Source: Coriobacteriales bacterium (lineage in GTDB: Bacteria; Actinomycetota; Coriobacteriia; Coriobacteriales; UBA8131). Taken from it: DNA of 64,000 nt. Shown piece after piece: positions 18,038 through 26,686 of the stretch. Position 1 is the stretch's first letter. Each line of letters begins with the position of its first letter. The notes under the pieces are model-generated. The model ran no database searches, was not told the origin of the DNA, and saw only the letters and a program-made list of their open reading frames with translations. The stretch lies in the NCBI GenBank assembly GCA_031264075.1, contig JAISEO010000099.1:13666-77665 (forward strand), given 5' to 3'. Made by a program: the position numbers and the translations under genes.

Positions 18038-18313
18038 TCATGCGGCCTTTGACTCGGGTGTTTCCGCTCCGTTCAGATAGATCTCATCGCTTGCCAAGTC
18101 AAAATAATCGTCCCAGATTACCGCAAGGCCGCTTCTTTCAGGTCTTGACTTATAAAACAGATCCTGATTGGAGCAGAGTCTCTCGAAAGCAGGGATTTTG
18201 TCTACGAGCGCGCCGACGTCATATATCCTGGCCTTGCCATCTGTGAATGTTACAAAGATCTTTGACTTTGGCAGGGAAGAGACTGCCTCGACAAGGTGTT
18301 TATGAGAACTCAT
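18038..18313 (-). CDS. DUF2442 domain-containing protein
   Basis: 91-aa ORF; ...VTFTDGKARIYDVGALV... fits the DUF2442 pattern. Overlaps the upstream DUF4160 gene by 14 nt. AT-richer islet. Confidence 0.7.
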   Translation of the reverse strand: MSSHKHLVEAVSSLPKSKIFVTFTDGKARIYDVGALVDKIPAFERLCSNQDLFYKSRPERSGLAVIWDDYFDLASDEIYLNGAETPESKAA

Positions 18314-18548
18314 TGCTGTCGACCTCCTGGGTGTTCCAAACTCTGATCAACTGTTCGGAATGACCGAGTATCCATTCTTTTGCCTGTGATTGCAAAACGG
18401 CTGTCAAATCCCCCACAATCATCTCGCCGGTTCTTATGTCAAACTCTCCGTCCATATCGTCCTTTTGCGCGTGGACATGAGGAGGATTATGATCCATGAA
18501 ATAAAACTTGATGATCAGTCCATTCGCGAAACGTATGAGTTGAGGCAT
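18300..18548 (-). CDS. DUF4160 domain-containing protein
   Basis: 82-aa ORF; ...IIKFYFMDHNPPHVHAQKDD... is the conserved DUF4160 core. Confidence 0.8.
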   Translation of the reverse strand: MPQLIRFANGLIIKFYFMDHNPPHVHAQKDDMDGEFDIRTGEMIVGDLTAVLQSQAKEWILGHSEQLIRVWNTQEVDSNEFS

Positions 18549-18839
18549 AGAGACACTCCAGTTTTCTGTTTGCCGTTCTGTTTACTATACAGCAAAAGCA
18601 GCATAAGCACAATTTGCGTTCTGGGACAATACGTTGAATAGTATTACTGAATACGAAACACCGAGGACGGCACTGGCTTCCACCAGCGTTGGGGCAGAAA
18701 TAAAGAAAGCCTGCAAGGCCTGCAAGATGCACCGGCCTTTGAAAAATGCTTCAAGCTGGCGGGACAGTGCCCTCTATCCCTGTCCCCACCCCGTATCCCT
18801 ATAATAGAGAGAACGTGCCAGTGAGAGAGGGAAGGTGTT

Positions 18840-20030
18840 ATGACCAGTAAGAGCATTGACGGAGCATTCGGATTCTTGACCCGTGCCGTGCACGGCGGCA
18901 ATGAGGTGGACGCTGAGACGGGTGCAATCCGCCGTCCGATAACCATGGCCAACAGCTACGAGCTGCCCTACGACCCGTCAGACATCAACTGGAGCAGTTC
19001 GGAGGGCAGCATCTACACGCGCAACGGTGGCGCAAACCAGCGGTATCTGCAGGAGAAGCTCGCCCTGCTCCACGGCACACCAAGCTGCGTTGTGCTGGCA
19101 AGCGGCGTGGCGGCGCTGAGCGGCGTGTTCTTTACCTTCCTGAAGAGCGGCGACCATATCGTGATGTCGGACTCAACCTATATCGCGGCATATCGGCTCA
19201 TCAACGAGCTTTTGCCCGACAAGTTCGGCGTGGAGAAAACCCTGGTGGACAGTGCCAGCCTTGAGGCGGTGCAGGCGGCGGTCAGACCCAACACGAGGCT
19301 CATCCACATCGAAACACCCTCAAACCCCACCATCAAGATAAGCGACATCGAGGCAATCGCACGCATCGCCCACGAAGCCGGCGCGCTCCTCTCGGTTGAT
19401 AACACCTTTGCCTCGCCCTACAATCAACGGCCGTTTGAACTCGGGGCCGACTTGACGGTCGAGAGCCTGACAAAATACATCAACGGCCACGGCGACGCCA
19501 TGGGAGGCGCGGTGCTGGGCGAAGCGAGCCTGATTGACCAGATTCGCGCGCAGGCCATGGTAAACCTCGGCGGAGCGATAAGCCCGTTCAATGCCTGGCT
19601 CATCATGCGGGGTGCGATTACCTTGCCGCTACGTATGCGTCAACATAATGAGTCGGCGCAGAGCGTCGCGGAGTTCCTGCAGACACTCCCGCAGGTGCGG
19701 TTCGTTGCCTATCCGGGGCTTGCAGGCCACCGTAACCATGAGATTGCCAGGAGGCAGATGCCGGGCGGATATGGCGGTGTGCTGGCATTTGGCCTCAACA
19801 CCGACCACGATGGGCATAACCGCTTCGTCAGCAAACTCAGGCTCATCACCAACGCGGTGTCGCTCGGCCACGACGAGAGCCTCATCGTCTTTCTGGGTGA
19901 GAATGACGAGCGCCAGTATCTCTACGAGGAGGAATTCCACGGCGGGTTCTTCCGCCTGAGCGTAGGGCTTGAGGACACTGCCGACATACTGAGGGATATT
20001 GAGCAGGCGCTGGGAGCGGCGGAGATCTGA
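18840..20030 (+). CDS. PLP-dependent trans-sulfuration family enzyme (methionine gamma-lyase / cystathionine gamma-synthase / O-acetylhomoserine sulfhydrylase family)
   Basis: 396 aa. Cys/Met-metabolism PLP family pattern ...VDNTFASPYNQRPFELGADLTVESLTKYINGHGD... with the Schiff-base Lys in S-L-T-K. AGGGAAGG RBS. Confidence 0.88.
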   Translation: MTSKSIDGAFGFLTRAVHGGNEVDAETGAIRRPITMANSYELPYDPSDINWSSSEGSIYTRNGGANQRYLQEKLALLHGTPSCVVLASGVAALSGVFFTFLKSGDHIVMSDSTYIAAYRLINELLPDKFGVEKTLVDSASLEAVQAAVRPNTRLIHIETPSNPTIKISDIEAIARIAHEAGALLSVDNTFASPYNQRPFELGADLTVESLTKYINGHGDAMGGAVLGEASLIDQIRAQAMVNLGGAISPFNAWLIMRGAITLPLRMRQHNESAQSVAEFLQTLPQVRFVAYPGLAGHRNHEIARRQMPGGYGGVLAFGLNTDHDGHNRFVSKLRLITNAVSLGHDESLIVFLGENDERQYLYEEEFHGGFFRLSVGLEDTADILRDIEQALGAAEI

Positions 20031-20141
20031 GCGGAGGCGCGCCCACCACCTGACTGAGGCACGGGTCTGACAGTGATACGTGTTGGCACAAAAGGTTATA
20101 CTGAGCTAACTTATTGAATCAGCAGACGGAATGGCGAAGAC

Positions 20142-20957
20142 ATGACGGCAGAGACTCCAGCAGCGGCAGGCAGAACACCTTCACCAGACACGACAGCGGC
20201 GCTATACTTCTCAGGGATAGGCAACACCCGATATGCCGTTAACCGGCTTGCGCGGGGCCTGGGCGTGAAGGATGAGAACATCCTGAGCATCGAAGACGAC
20301 GAGGATCGGGTGCAAGAAACGCTTGCGCACGCGGACACCGCGATAGTCGCTCATCCCAATTACATGTGCCTCATGCCCAAGATAATGAGCGACTACCTCG
20401 CTCAGCATGGCACATGGCTGGCAAACAAGGACATCATCACACTCGTCACCTACGCCAACTTCTTCTTTGACGCCGATCTCCAGGTGGCAAGACTACTCCG
20501 TAAACAGGGCATCTCCTTCAGGGCACAGAGCAACATCAGCATCCAGATGCCGATGATCGTTTGCGATATGAAGCTGATGAAATCGACAGACACAGACATA
20601 CAAAGCACGCTTAAAGCGAAGGCCGACAGGAAGCTGGATGAGTGCGCACAGATCATCCTTGCAGGCGGCACCGTCCATGATGGCCAGGAGAGTGATCGCC
20701 TCAAGGCCTTCCTCAGGCAACGCATGTTCTATCAGGGCAGGATACAAAAGGATTTTGCGAGACTGCGCATCAGCGATGCCTGCACCCGCTGCGGTGCCTG
20801 TGTCAGGGCCTGTCCCAAGCAGAACCTGACAATACGTGAGGACCGCGTTGTGCAGTCCGGCCACTGCACCCAATGTTACCGCTGCGCCAACCTTTGCCCG
20901 CGCCAGGCCATAACCCTCTGGGGCAAAAAGATCCAGTGGCAGTATAAGGGGATATGA
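20142..20957 (+). CDS. EFR1-type ferredoxin (flavodoxin-like N-domain plus 2x[4Fe-4S] C-domain)
   Basis: ALYFSGIGNTRY flavodoxin-like start. C-terminal CTRCGACVRACP and CTQCYRCANLCP motifs. Confidence 0.75.
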   Translation: MTAETPAAAGRTPSPDTTAALYFSGIGNTRYAVNRLARGLGVKDENILSIEDDEDRVQETLAHADTAIVAHPNYMCLMPKIMSDYLAQHGTWLANKDIITLVTYANFFFDADLQVARLLRKQGISFRAQSNISIQMPMIVCDMKLMKSTDTDIQSTLKAKADRKLDECAQIILAGGTVHDGQESDRLKAFLRQRMFYQGRIQKDFARLRISDACTRCGACVRACPKQNLTIREDRVVQSGHCTQCYRCANLCPRQAITLWGKKIQWQYKGI

Positions 20958-21153
20958 GCCGGCCTCTGCCGTACCTCGTTATGGGACAAACGGCACAGAA
21001 CAAGCTCTTTTCCCCTTTTCAGAGGTCTCGATTCTCGATTCTTGCACTCCCAGTAAGTATACGAACCAGGCCGCATATGGCACACTAACTAGAACGCAAA
21101 TGGTATAGTAACTCTCCCGCATATGGTACAATAGAGGGGCCGTATACCGGGCT

Positions 21154-21432
21154 TTGAACGCGTGTATCATCGCAGGTGTCAGAGCAGAGTTGCGGCACTT
21201 TCGAGATCCGAAAAACGGAAGGGAGATAGACTTCATAGTCGAACGCGGCCTGGATATTGTGACCATTGAGGTGAAGATGGCGGCGGCGGACGATGATGCC
21301 AAAAGGATAAACTGGTTGAAGGAAAATCTCGCCGGGCAGTCAGTCAGCGGAGTGATTGTCAATACCGGCAGCATCGCCTACACGCGAAACGACGGCATCC
21401 ACGTTATTCCAGCGGCGCTGTTAGGCGCGTAA
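21154..21432 (+). pseudogene. C-terminal remnant of a DUF4143-type AAA ATPase gene
   Basis: ...LRHFRDPKNGREIDFIVERGLDIVTIEVKMAA...VIVNTGSIAYTRNDGIHVIPAALL matches only the last ~90 aa of the ~400-aa family. In-frame stops lie immediately upstream, in an AT-rich stretch. Confidence 0.65.
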
Positions 21433-21441
21433 GAGGGAAAG

Positions 21442-21882
21442 GTGAGAAATAGCATGCAACTCATCTCTCGTCGCATCCTGCTCGGCATCTGTCTGTTCAA
21501 CGGCATCGCCGCGTGTGTCTGTGGGCCTTTGATGTTCCTGGTGCCCGACGGCTCACTCATGGGAATGCAGTCCCTCATCCCTGCCATGCAAACCTGGCCC
21601 GCGGCTGACATCTTCTTCCAAGACGTGTTCTGGCCGGGTGTGACACTCATGCTCGTCAACGGCATCCCCAACCTCATCTGCGCCATTCTGCTCCTTCGCC
21701 GCCAGAGGTGGCAATACGTGGTAGGCATCGTCTGCGGAGTGCTGCTCATACTCTGGACGGTATGGGAGTGCGTGTTCATGCCTAACCCCGTTACCACCGC
21801 CTATCTTGTCATGGGAATCGTGCAGACGGCAGCGGCTGTGTACTGTCTGGCAAAGGCTGGGACGAGAGGACAGAAGATATGA
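21442..21882 (+). CDS. Hypothetical integral membrane protein (full-length paralogue of 15125-15469)
   Basis: 146-aa ORF with four hydrophobic segments. GTG at 21442 or ATG at 21454. Confidence 0.7.
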   Translation: MRNSMQLISRRILLGICLFNGIAACVCGPLMFLVPDGSLMGMQSLIPAMQTWPAADIFFQDVFWPGVTLMLVNGIPNLICAILLLRRQRWQYVVGIVCGVLLILWTVWECVFMPNPVTTAYLVMGIVQTAAAVYCLAKAGTRGQKI

Positions 21883-21891
21883 CCGATAACG

Positions 21892-22851
21892 ATGACAGGT
21901 AACAGGAAGTGCATAGTGTCAACTTCATCTACCGATAAACACAGTGGCCGAGGTGATAGTGCGGCGTTAGGGACATGCACATGGCCTGCTCTCATCATCA
22001 GTATCATCGCGCTGCTACTACTCCTGACTTCTTGCGGCACAGGTTCTGTATCCGACAGCACTCAATCCTCGGGCGTTGCTGAGACGTACCCGTCTACCGC
22101 TACTCAAGAGAACGGCGAGGCAAGCGCTCAGCAAGCAGAGGAAGTCCACTCTCTCATCAACGTGAGAAACGCCACTTATACAGAGCGTCTGCCTCATGTC
22201 GCAATGACACTCCTTCAGCAGAGTGGGTTCTCCTATGGCGAAGGCTATTCTTTCGACATAGAGGTTGCCTACGAAAGCGACAGCCCGATGCGGCTGGACG
22301 AGAGCTTTATCGTCATCAAGGAAAACCGTGAGGATCTGAAAGAGGCAGCAGAGGCCATACGGGGGATACTCGGTAGAGGCACGATTGTCGCAGAGGACAG
22401 CAATGTAGAGGGCTGGAGGTACGGCGGGGACATCCTGTTGGTGCTGGGCACCGACTGCCTTGATTCTCAAAGCGGCAGAGTATTGTTTTCCTCCGATGAT
22501 CCGGATTATCCTGAAACGCAACAGACGAAATACCTGGTCTCCATAAGAAACGCGACGGAGCAGCGCTTTTTGGCGGATTCGACCATGAAGAGGCTTGATG
22601 CTGCTGGACTGAGCTATGAGGAAGGATATATCTACACCATAGGCAATGCGTATCACCGCGATTATCCTATACGCTTGGCAGAAAGCTCTCTCATCATCAA
22701 AGAGAACCGTGAGGATCTGAGAGAAATGGCCGAAACCATGCGAGAGATACTTGGTACCGGGACGATTATCGAAGAGAACAGTGGGCGTAGTTGGGAGTAC
22801 GACGGGGATATCCTTATAGTGTTGGGCAGAGATTGTATTGTGAGCGATTAG
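21892..22851 (+). CDS. Lipoprotein with two tandem LytR_C-like domains
   Basis: Lipobox LLLTSCG. There is an internal duplication: INVRNATYTERL...SGFSYGEGY...VIKENREDLKEAAEAIRGILGRGTIV...GDILLVLGTDC vs SIRNATEQRFL...AGLSYEEGY...IIKENREDLREMAETMREILGTGTII...GDILIVLGRDC. Confidence 0.7.
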   Translation: MTGNRKCIVSTSSTDKHSGRGDSAALGTCTWPALIISIIALLLLLTSCGTGSVSDSTQSSGVAETYPSTATQENGEASAQQAEEVHSLINVRNATYTERLPHVAMTLLQQSGFSYGEGYSFDIEVAYESDSPMRLDESFIVIKENREDLKEAAEAIRGILGRGTIVAEDSNVEGWRYGGDILLVLGTDCLDSQSGRVLFSSDDPDYPETQQTKYLVSIRNATEQRFLADSTMKRLDAAGLSYEEGYIYTIGNAYHRDYPIRLAESSLIIKENREDLREMAETMREILGTGTIIEENSGRSWEYDGDILIVLGRDCIVSD

Positions 22852-22928
22852 GCGAGGTTCCGACGGACAGCCCTGGCAGCGCTGATTGCTATAATCGAGA
22901 GCCTGACACCTTTTTTGAAAGGCCACTG

Positions 22929-23078
22929 ATGCAAGAGAAACGGCAATCTATCACAGGCGCGCTCGTGGTGCTGGCCATCGCGGTGCTGCTCATTGTAGGC
23001 GGCATCGTGCAGGGCGACCCGCTCGCTACGCTGAGTAAGGCCATACGCGTGTGCCTTGAGTGCATTGGCATCGGCTGA
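22929..23078 (+). CDS. Small CXXC-motif membrane protein (CD1871A-like)
   Basis: Hand-trimmed 49-aa ORF MQEKRQSITGALVVLAIAVLLIVGGIVQGDPLATLSKAIRVCLECIGIG. It has one TM helix and a C-terminal C-L-E-C. Its stop overlaps the next start (TGATG). Confidence 0.6.
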   Translation: MQEKRQSITGALVVLAIAVLLIVGGIVQGDPLATLSKAIRVCLECIGIG

Positions 23079-23947
23079 TGTCCGTGCTTGCGGGCTTCAA
23101 ACGCCGAATAGTGCAGGTGCTGGCCATGCTGCTGTATAACCTCAACCTGCCGGGCTTTGCCGAGGGCAGCATCTGGCAGGGTGCCAGCAAGGCTGTCTGC
23201 GTACCGGGGCTGAATTGCTACTCCTGCCCGGGTGCTGTGGCATCCTGCCCTATCGGCTCACTCCAGGCAGCGCTTATCGCGAGCGACCACAGGCTTCCAC
23301 TCTATATGGTGGGAACCGTGCTTGCCTTTGGGGCGCTGTTCGGCCGCACGGTCTGCGGATGGCTCTGTCCCTTTGGGCTCATCCAGGAGCTGCTGTACAA
23401 GATACCGCTGCCAAAGATTGGCAAGGGAGCATGGAGCCGCGCCTTGAGTTACGGCAAATACGTCGTGCTGTTTGTCTGTGTAATAGCTATCCCTATGCTG
23501 CTCGCACGCTTTACCGAGGTCGGCTCACCGTTCTTCTGCGCGTGGCTGTGTCCTGCGGGCACCCTGGAGGCGGGGCTTCCACTCGTTGCGGCCAACACGG
23601 CACTGCGCGATCTCATAGGCTTCCAATTCTGGTGGAAACTGGGACTCCTCATAGCGGTGCTCGCGGCCTGTGTGTTCATCTATCGACCGTTTTGTCGCTT
23701 CCTTTGCCCGCTGGGGGCGTTATACTCATTCTTCAACCGTTTTGCGCTGTTACGCTACCGCGTTGACCCTGCGCGCTGTGCATCCTGCGGCACCTGCACC
23801 GCTACCTGCAAGGCTGACGTGCGCCAAGTCAGCGACCGCGAATGCGTGCAGTGCGGCGAATGCGCGAAACACTGCGAACACCAGGCCATCAGTTTTACGC
23901 TTGCCAGCCTGATGAGAAAACAGGAGACACATAATGTCGAAAGCTAA
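23078..23947 (+). CDS. NapH/MauN-like integral membrane 4Fe-4S binding protein
   Basis: CYSCPGAVASCP, three C..LCP.G motifs (CGWLCPFG, CAWLCPAG, CRFLCPLG), and C-terminal CASCGTCTATC and CVQCGECAKHC. An alternative GTG start is at 23060. Confidence 0.85.
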   Translation: MSVLAGFKRRIVQVLAMLLYNLNLPGFAEGSIWQGASKAVCVPGLNCYSCPGAVASCPIGSLQAALIASDHRLPLYMVGTVLAFGALFGRTVCGWLCPFGLIQELLYKIPLPKIGKGAWSRALSYGKYVVLFVCVIAIPMLLARFTEVGSPFFCAWLCPAGTLEAGLPLVAANTALRDLIGFQFWWKLGLLIAVLAACVFIYRPFCRFLCPLGALYSFFNRFALLRYRVDPARCASCGTCTATCKADVRQVSDRECVQCGECAKHCEHQAISFTLASLMRKQETHNVES

Positions 23948-24590
23948 GGTCAAACAGGCTTCCAGAGAAACCTCGCTGAATCCGCTCGCCACTCTGCTGG
24001 CAGGTGCGGTGGTTGTCCTGTTGTTTCTCTCCCTGAGCCTGTCTGCGGGTTGTACGACAAGCCAGTCGCCAGGCGGTGCGAACTCTGCCAGCCAGGGTTC
24101 ATCCCCCGCTACTGACAACAGCGCCGGGGATAACACGACCGACGTGGGCACCTCCGCGCCGGGAGAGCGGGTCAAGGAGGGCGATGCCGCTCCGGACTTC
24201 TTCTTTGCCACGCTCGATGGCGCAACGAGTAGCCTGGCGGAGCTTAAAGGCGAGGTCGTGCTGCTCAACTTCTGGGCATCGTGGTGCCCGCCCTGCGTGG
24301 CCGAAATGCCCGACATCGAGCGGCTGCGCGTAGCCTACCCCAACTTGAAGGTGCTCGCCGTCAGTCTGGACGTGGAAGAGGCAGAGATGCGGGCATTCAT
24401 TGAGGAGCGGGAGTACGGTTTTGCCTGGATTCACGACGTGGGCTATCGGATAGCCAACCTCTACCCCGAAAGCGCCATCCCCTATACCATCATCATCAAC
24501 CGCGAAGGCATCATCACCGCGACCTTCCTCGGGAGCCCACCCGACCCCTTCACTACCTATGAGAGTGCCATTCAGGCGGCTGGTATCTGA
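23934..24590 (+). CDS. TlpA/ResA-family thiol:disulfide oxidoreductase lipoprotein
   Basis: Lipobox LSLSAGC. Thioredoxin active site FWASWCPPCVAEMP. 14-nt overlap with the NapH-like gene. Confidence 0.88.
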   Translation: MSKAKVKQASRETSLNPLATLLAGAVVVLLFLSLSLSAGCTTSQSPGGANSASQGSSPATDNSAGDNTTDVGTSAPGERVKEGDAAPDFFFATLDGATSSLAELKGEVVLLNFWASWCPPCVAEMPDIERLRVAYPNLKVLAVSLDVEEAEMRAFIEEREYGFAWIHDVGYRIANLYPESAIPYTIIINREGIITATFLGSPPDPFTTYESAIQAAGI

Positions 24591-24696
24591 CACGCGCTAT
24601 TATCGTCTCATTATTGCCCGATCCGCTCTCACGAAGTCTGGAAAGGCCTGACTTTTTAAAGGCAGAGCATGGCTTTTCTCCTCTGAGCCCAGTATG

Positions 24697-25941
24697 TTAC
24701 GCCTGTAGCAACGCGTTCGCTTCCTTTATCAGCGAGAGGCTTTGCTCCAGATAGCGATACATCCGGGCAGAGGCATGGGCGACTTTGCCGCCGGGGATGT
24801 CCGCGCCCGCGTGCTGAAAGCTGTAGTAGTAGCTCGCGTCTGCGTAGTATTCCTTGGCCTGCCTGAGAGTGGCAGGATCGGTAGCACCACCTGCCTCTGC
24901 TTCTACGATACGTGCCTTGAGCCTGTCGAGCCCATCGAGCACCTCAGCTTCCTGAGCGCCCAAGGCAGACTGGCGTGCGCGGACGAACTGACGCATCTCA
25001 TTGGTGGAACCTACGCCCAGCGAAGCATGGCAGCTGAGGCAGTAACGCATGGCCTGCTCGTTGTTCAGGGGAGAGCCGGAGGCGTTGTGGGTTCGGTACT
25101 GCTCCCCCTGCTCGTTTGTCTCATAAGGCATATGACACGACACACAGGTGAGCCCCTGCTCCTGATGCTGGCTGCCTTGAAAGAGCTCTATGTCGGGATG
25201 ACCGAGGTAGTCAACGGTGATACCCAGTTCCTCGTCGGGATACATGGTCATGCCATCTTCTCGCACGGCACGCCGTAGTGCGTCGGCATCGGATCCGTAG
25301 CGATAGGGGTTGAAGTCCTCAAGTCGCGCGTTCTCCTGCAGGGGCAGGAGCTTACGCGGGTAATCACAGGTGGCATTGTGGCACTGTCCACAGGCGGCGG
25401 TCTGCGGATCTACGGTTGTGAGAAACTCGCTCGCATATGTCGTATAGGTGACGAGGGAGGCGTCCGCTCCCTCCGCCGGGATGCCGCTGGCATGGCAGGT
25501 CAGACACGAGAAATAGTCGCCCACCTCGCCCGTGACCTGTGCATAGGGCAGCGTAAAGACCTCCCTGCCATACGTTGCGTACAGCTCGTTGAACTCTGCT
25601 GTCTTGCACGAAAGACAGGGCGCTCCCACCTCCAGCAGCTGGGGATCCTGCTCTACCCGGTTTCTCAGGTTGGCGTGCGAGTGTGCCGTGCCGTCCTCTT
25701 CCATGAGCAGGGCACCTTCTATGAAACTGCGGTATTCATTGGGATACACATCCTTGAACTCGGCGTTGTAGCGCAGAGAAGCGGAAAGCCCACTCGATGC
25801 CGCCTCGCCTGCCTGCCCTGTCGTATCAGCCACGCGCTCTGCCGTATCCACCGAAAACGTGGCGCATCCTGTGAGAAAGACAAGGAATGCAACCGTGGCA
25901 ACGGCAACGGCCCTTTTCCTGCGCTTCATGCTCTGTTTCAT
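24697..25941 (-). CDS. nrfA: Pentahaem cytochrome c nitrite reductase-like protein (NrfA family), lipoprotein
   Basis: Five haem sites: CLSCK (codons at 25617-25603, verified on the DNA), CLTCH, CGQCH, CVSCHMP and CLSCH. Signal/lipobox FLTGC. GAGG RBS. Confidence 0.85.
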   Translation of the reverse strand: MKQSMKRRKRAVAVATVAFLVFLTGCATFSVDTAERVADTTGQAGEAASSGLSASLRYNAEFKDVYPNEYRSFIEGALLMEEDGTAHSHANLRNRVEQDPQLLEVGAPCLSCKTAEFNELYATYGREVFTLPYAQVTGEVGDYFSCLTCHASGIPAEGADASLVTYTTYASEFLTTVDPQTAACGQCHNATCDYPRKLLPLQENARLEDFNPYRYGSDADALRRAVREDGMTMYPDEELGITVDYLGHPDIELFQGSQHQEQGLTCVSCHMPYETNEQGEQYRTHNASGSPLNNEQAMRYCLSCHASLGVGSTNEMRQFVRARQSALGAQEAEVLDGLDRLKARIVEAEAGGATDPATLRQAKEYYADASYYYSFQHAGADIPGGKVAHASARMYRYLEQSLSLIKEANALLQA

Positions 25942-26006
25942 GGCAACCTCAGCCGCTGCAAAGATGCCGACACTTGCCTATCCTGTGTTCCGTTATATCC
26001 CTCATA

Positions 26007-26669
26007 TCAACCGCAACCTGCGGGAGTCGTCATTTCCGTTGCGTACCCCGCGGCCACCCAGCCCGCCAGATCGTCGCTCATGATCCGCAAGAGGGCGAGG
26101 TCATATCCCTGCTCAGCGAGCCTTGCCCAGGCCTCCGCTCCCTCCTGCGGACTGGCGCATACCAGCACCAGGTGCCGCTCTCGGGGTATCTGGTAGAGGC
26201 GGCTCGCAAGCTGGGCCAGCGGCACGGAGAGGGAACCGGGAATCCTGCTCACGTAGAACTGCGCATAGCTCCGCATGTCGATGACCAGGAGCGGTGTTCC
26301 GTCAGGTGCGCCGTCAGTGGCATCAGCGGTGGCAGCGTCTGGCGTGAGCAGTCCGTGCAGGTCCTCAGCGCTTATATTCGCATCCTCAGGATAGGACGCG
26401 TAGCCTGTATCCGTGCTTGGTGACGCTGATTCCAAGCCCGAAGATCCGGTATCTGCGCCATCGTACAAGGGGGCAGAAGGATGAGCAGAGGAGGCTCCGC
26501 TGCTTGCAACCCCCAGAGTTTGCTCACGCTCGTCTCCTTGCAGGGAACAGGCTGTCGCAAACAGTGTCAAGCTGCCGAGAAGGCAGAGCGCAACTGCCGG
26601 AGCTATCAGCAGATACGCAAACACCTGGGTCGTTGCCAGAATACGGAGACTCCTGGGAGCTTTCCACAT
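26007..26669 (-). CDS. Exported rhodanese-domain lipoprotein
   Basis: Lipobox LFATACS. Rhodanese pattern LLVIDMRSYAQFYVSRIPGSLSVP...HLVLVCASPQEG...LAGWVAAGY, with Cys in the active-site loop position. Confidence 0.78.
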   Translation of the reverse strand: MWKAPRSLRILATTQVFAYLLIAPAVALCLLGSLTLFATACSLQGDEREQTLGVASSGASSAHPSAPLYDGADTGSSGLESASPSTDTGYASYPEDANISAEDLHGLLTPDAATADATDGAPDGTPLLVIDMRSYAQFYVSRIPGSLSVPLAQLASRLYQIPRERHLVLVCASPQEGAEAWARLAEQGYDLALLRIMSDDLAGWVAAGYATEMTTPAGCG

Positions 26670-26686
26670 AGTGCATGCCGCATCTA

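Noticed and set aside
18549-18839. Possible SAM/T-box type riboswitch upstream of the PLP gamma-lyase family gene.
   Set aside because: I could not find the conserved cores of the SAM-I, SAM-II or T-box classes by eye. Only a short CCTGCAAG(G/A) direct repeat and a TATAAT-like hexamer are present. A cmscan run is needed for a definitive answer.
20979-21374. 131-aa minus-strand ORF across the AT-rich stretch and the DUF4143 remnant.
   Set aside because: It has no motifs, it overlaps the plus-strand remnant that does show family similarity, and its composition is atypical. It is probably spurious.
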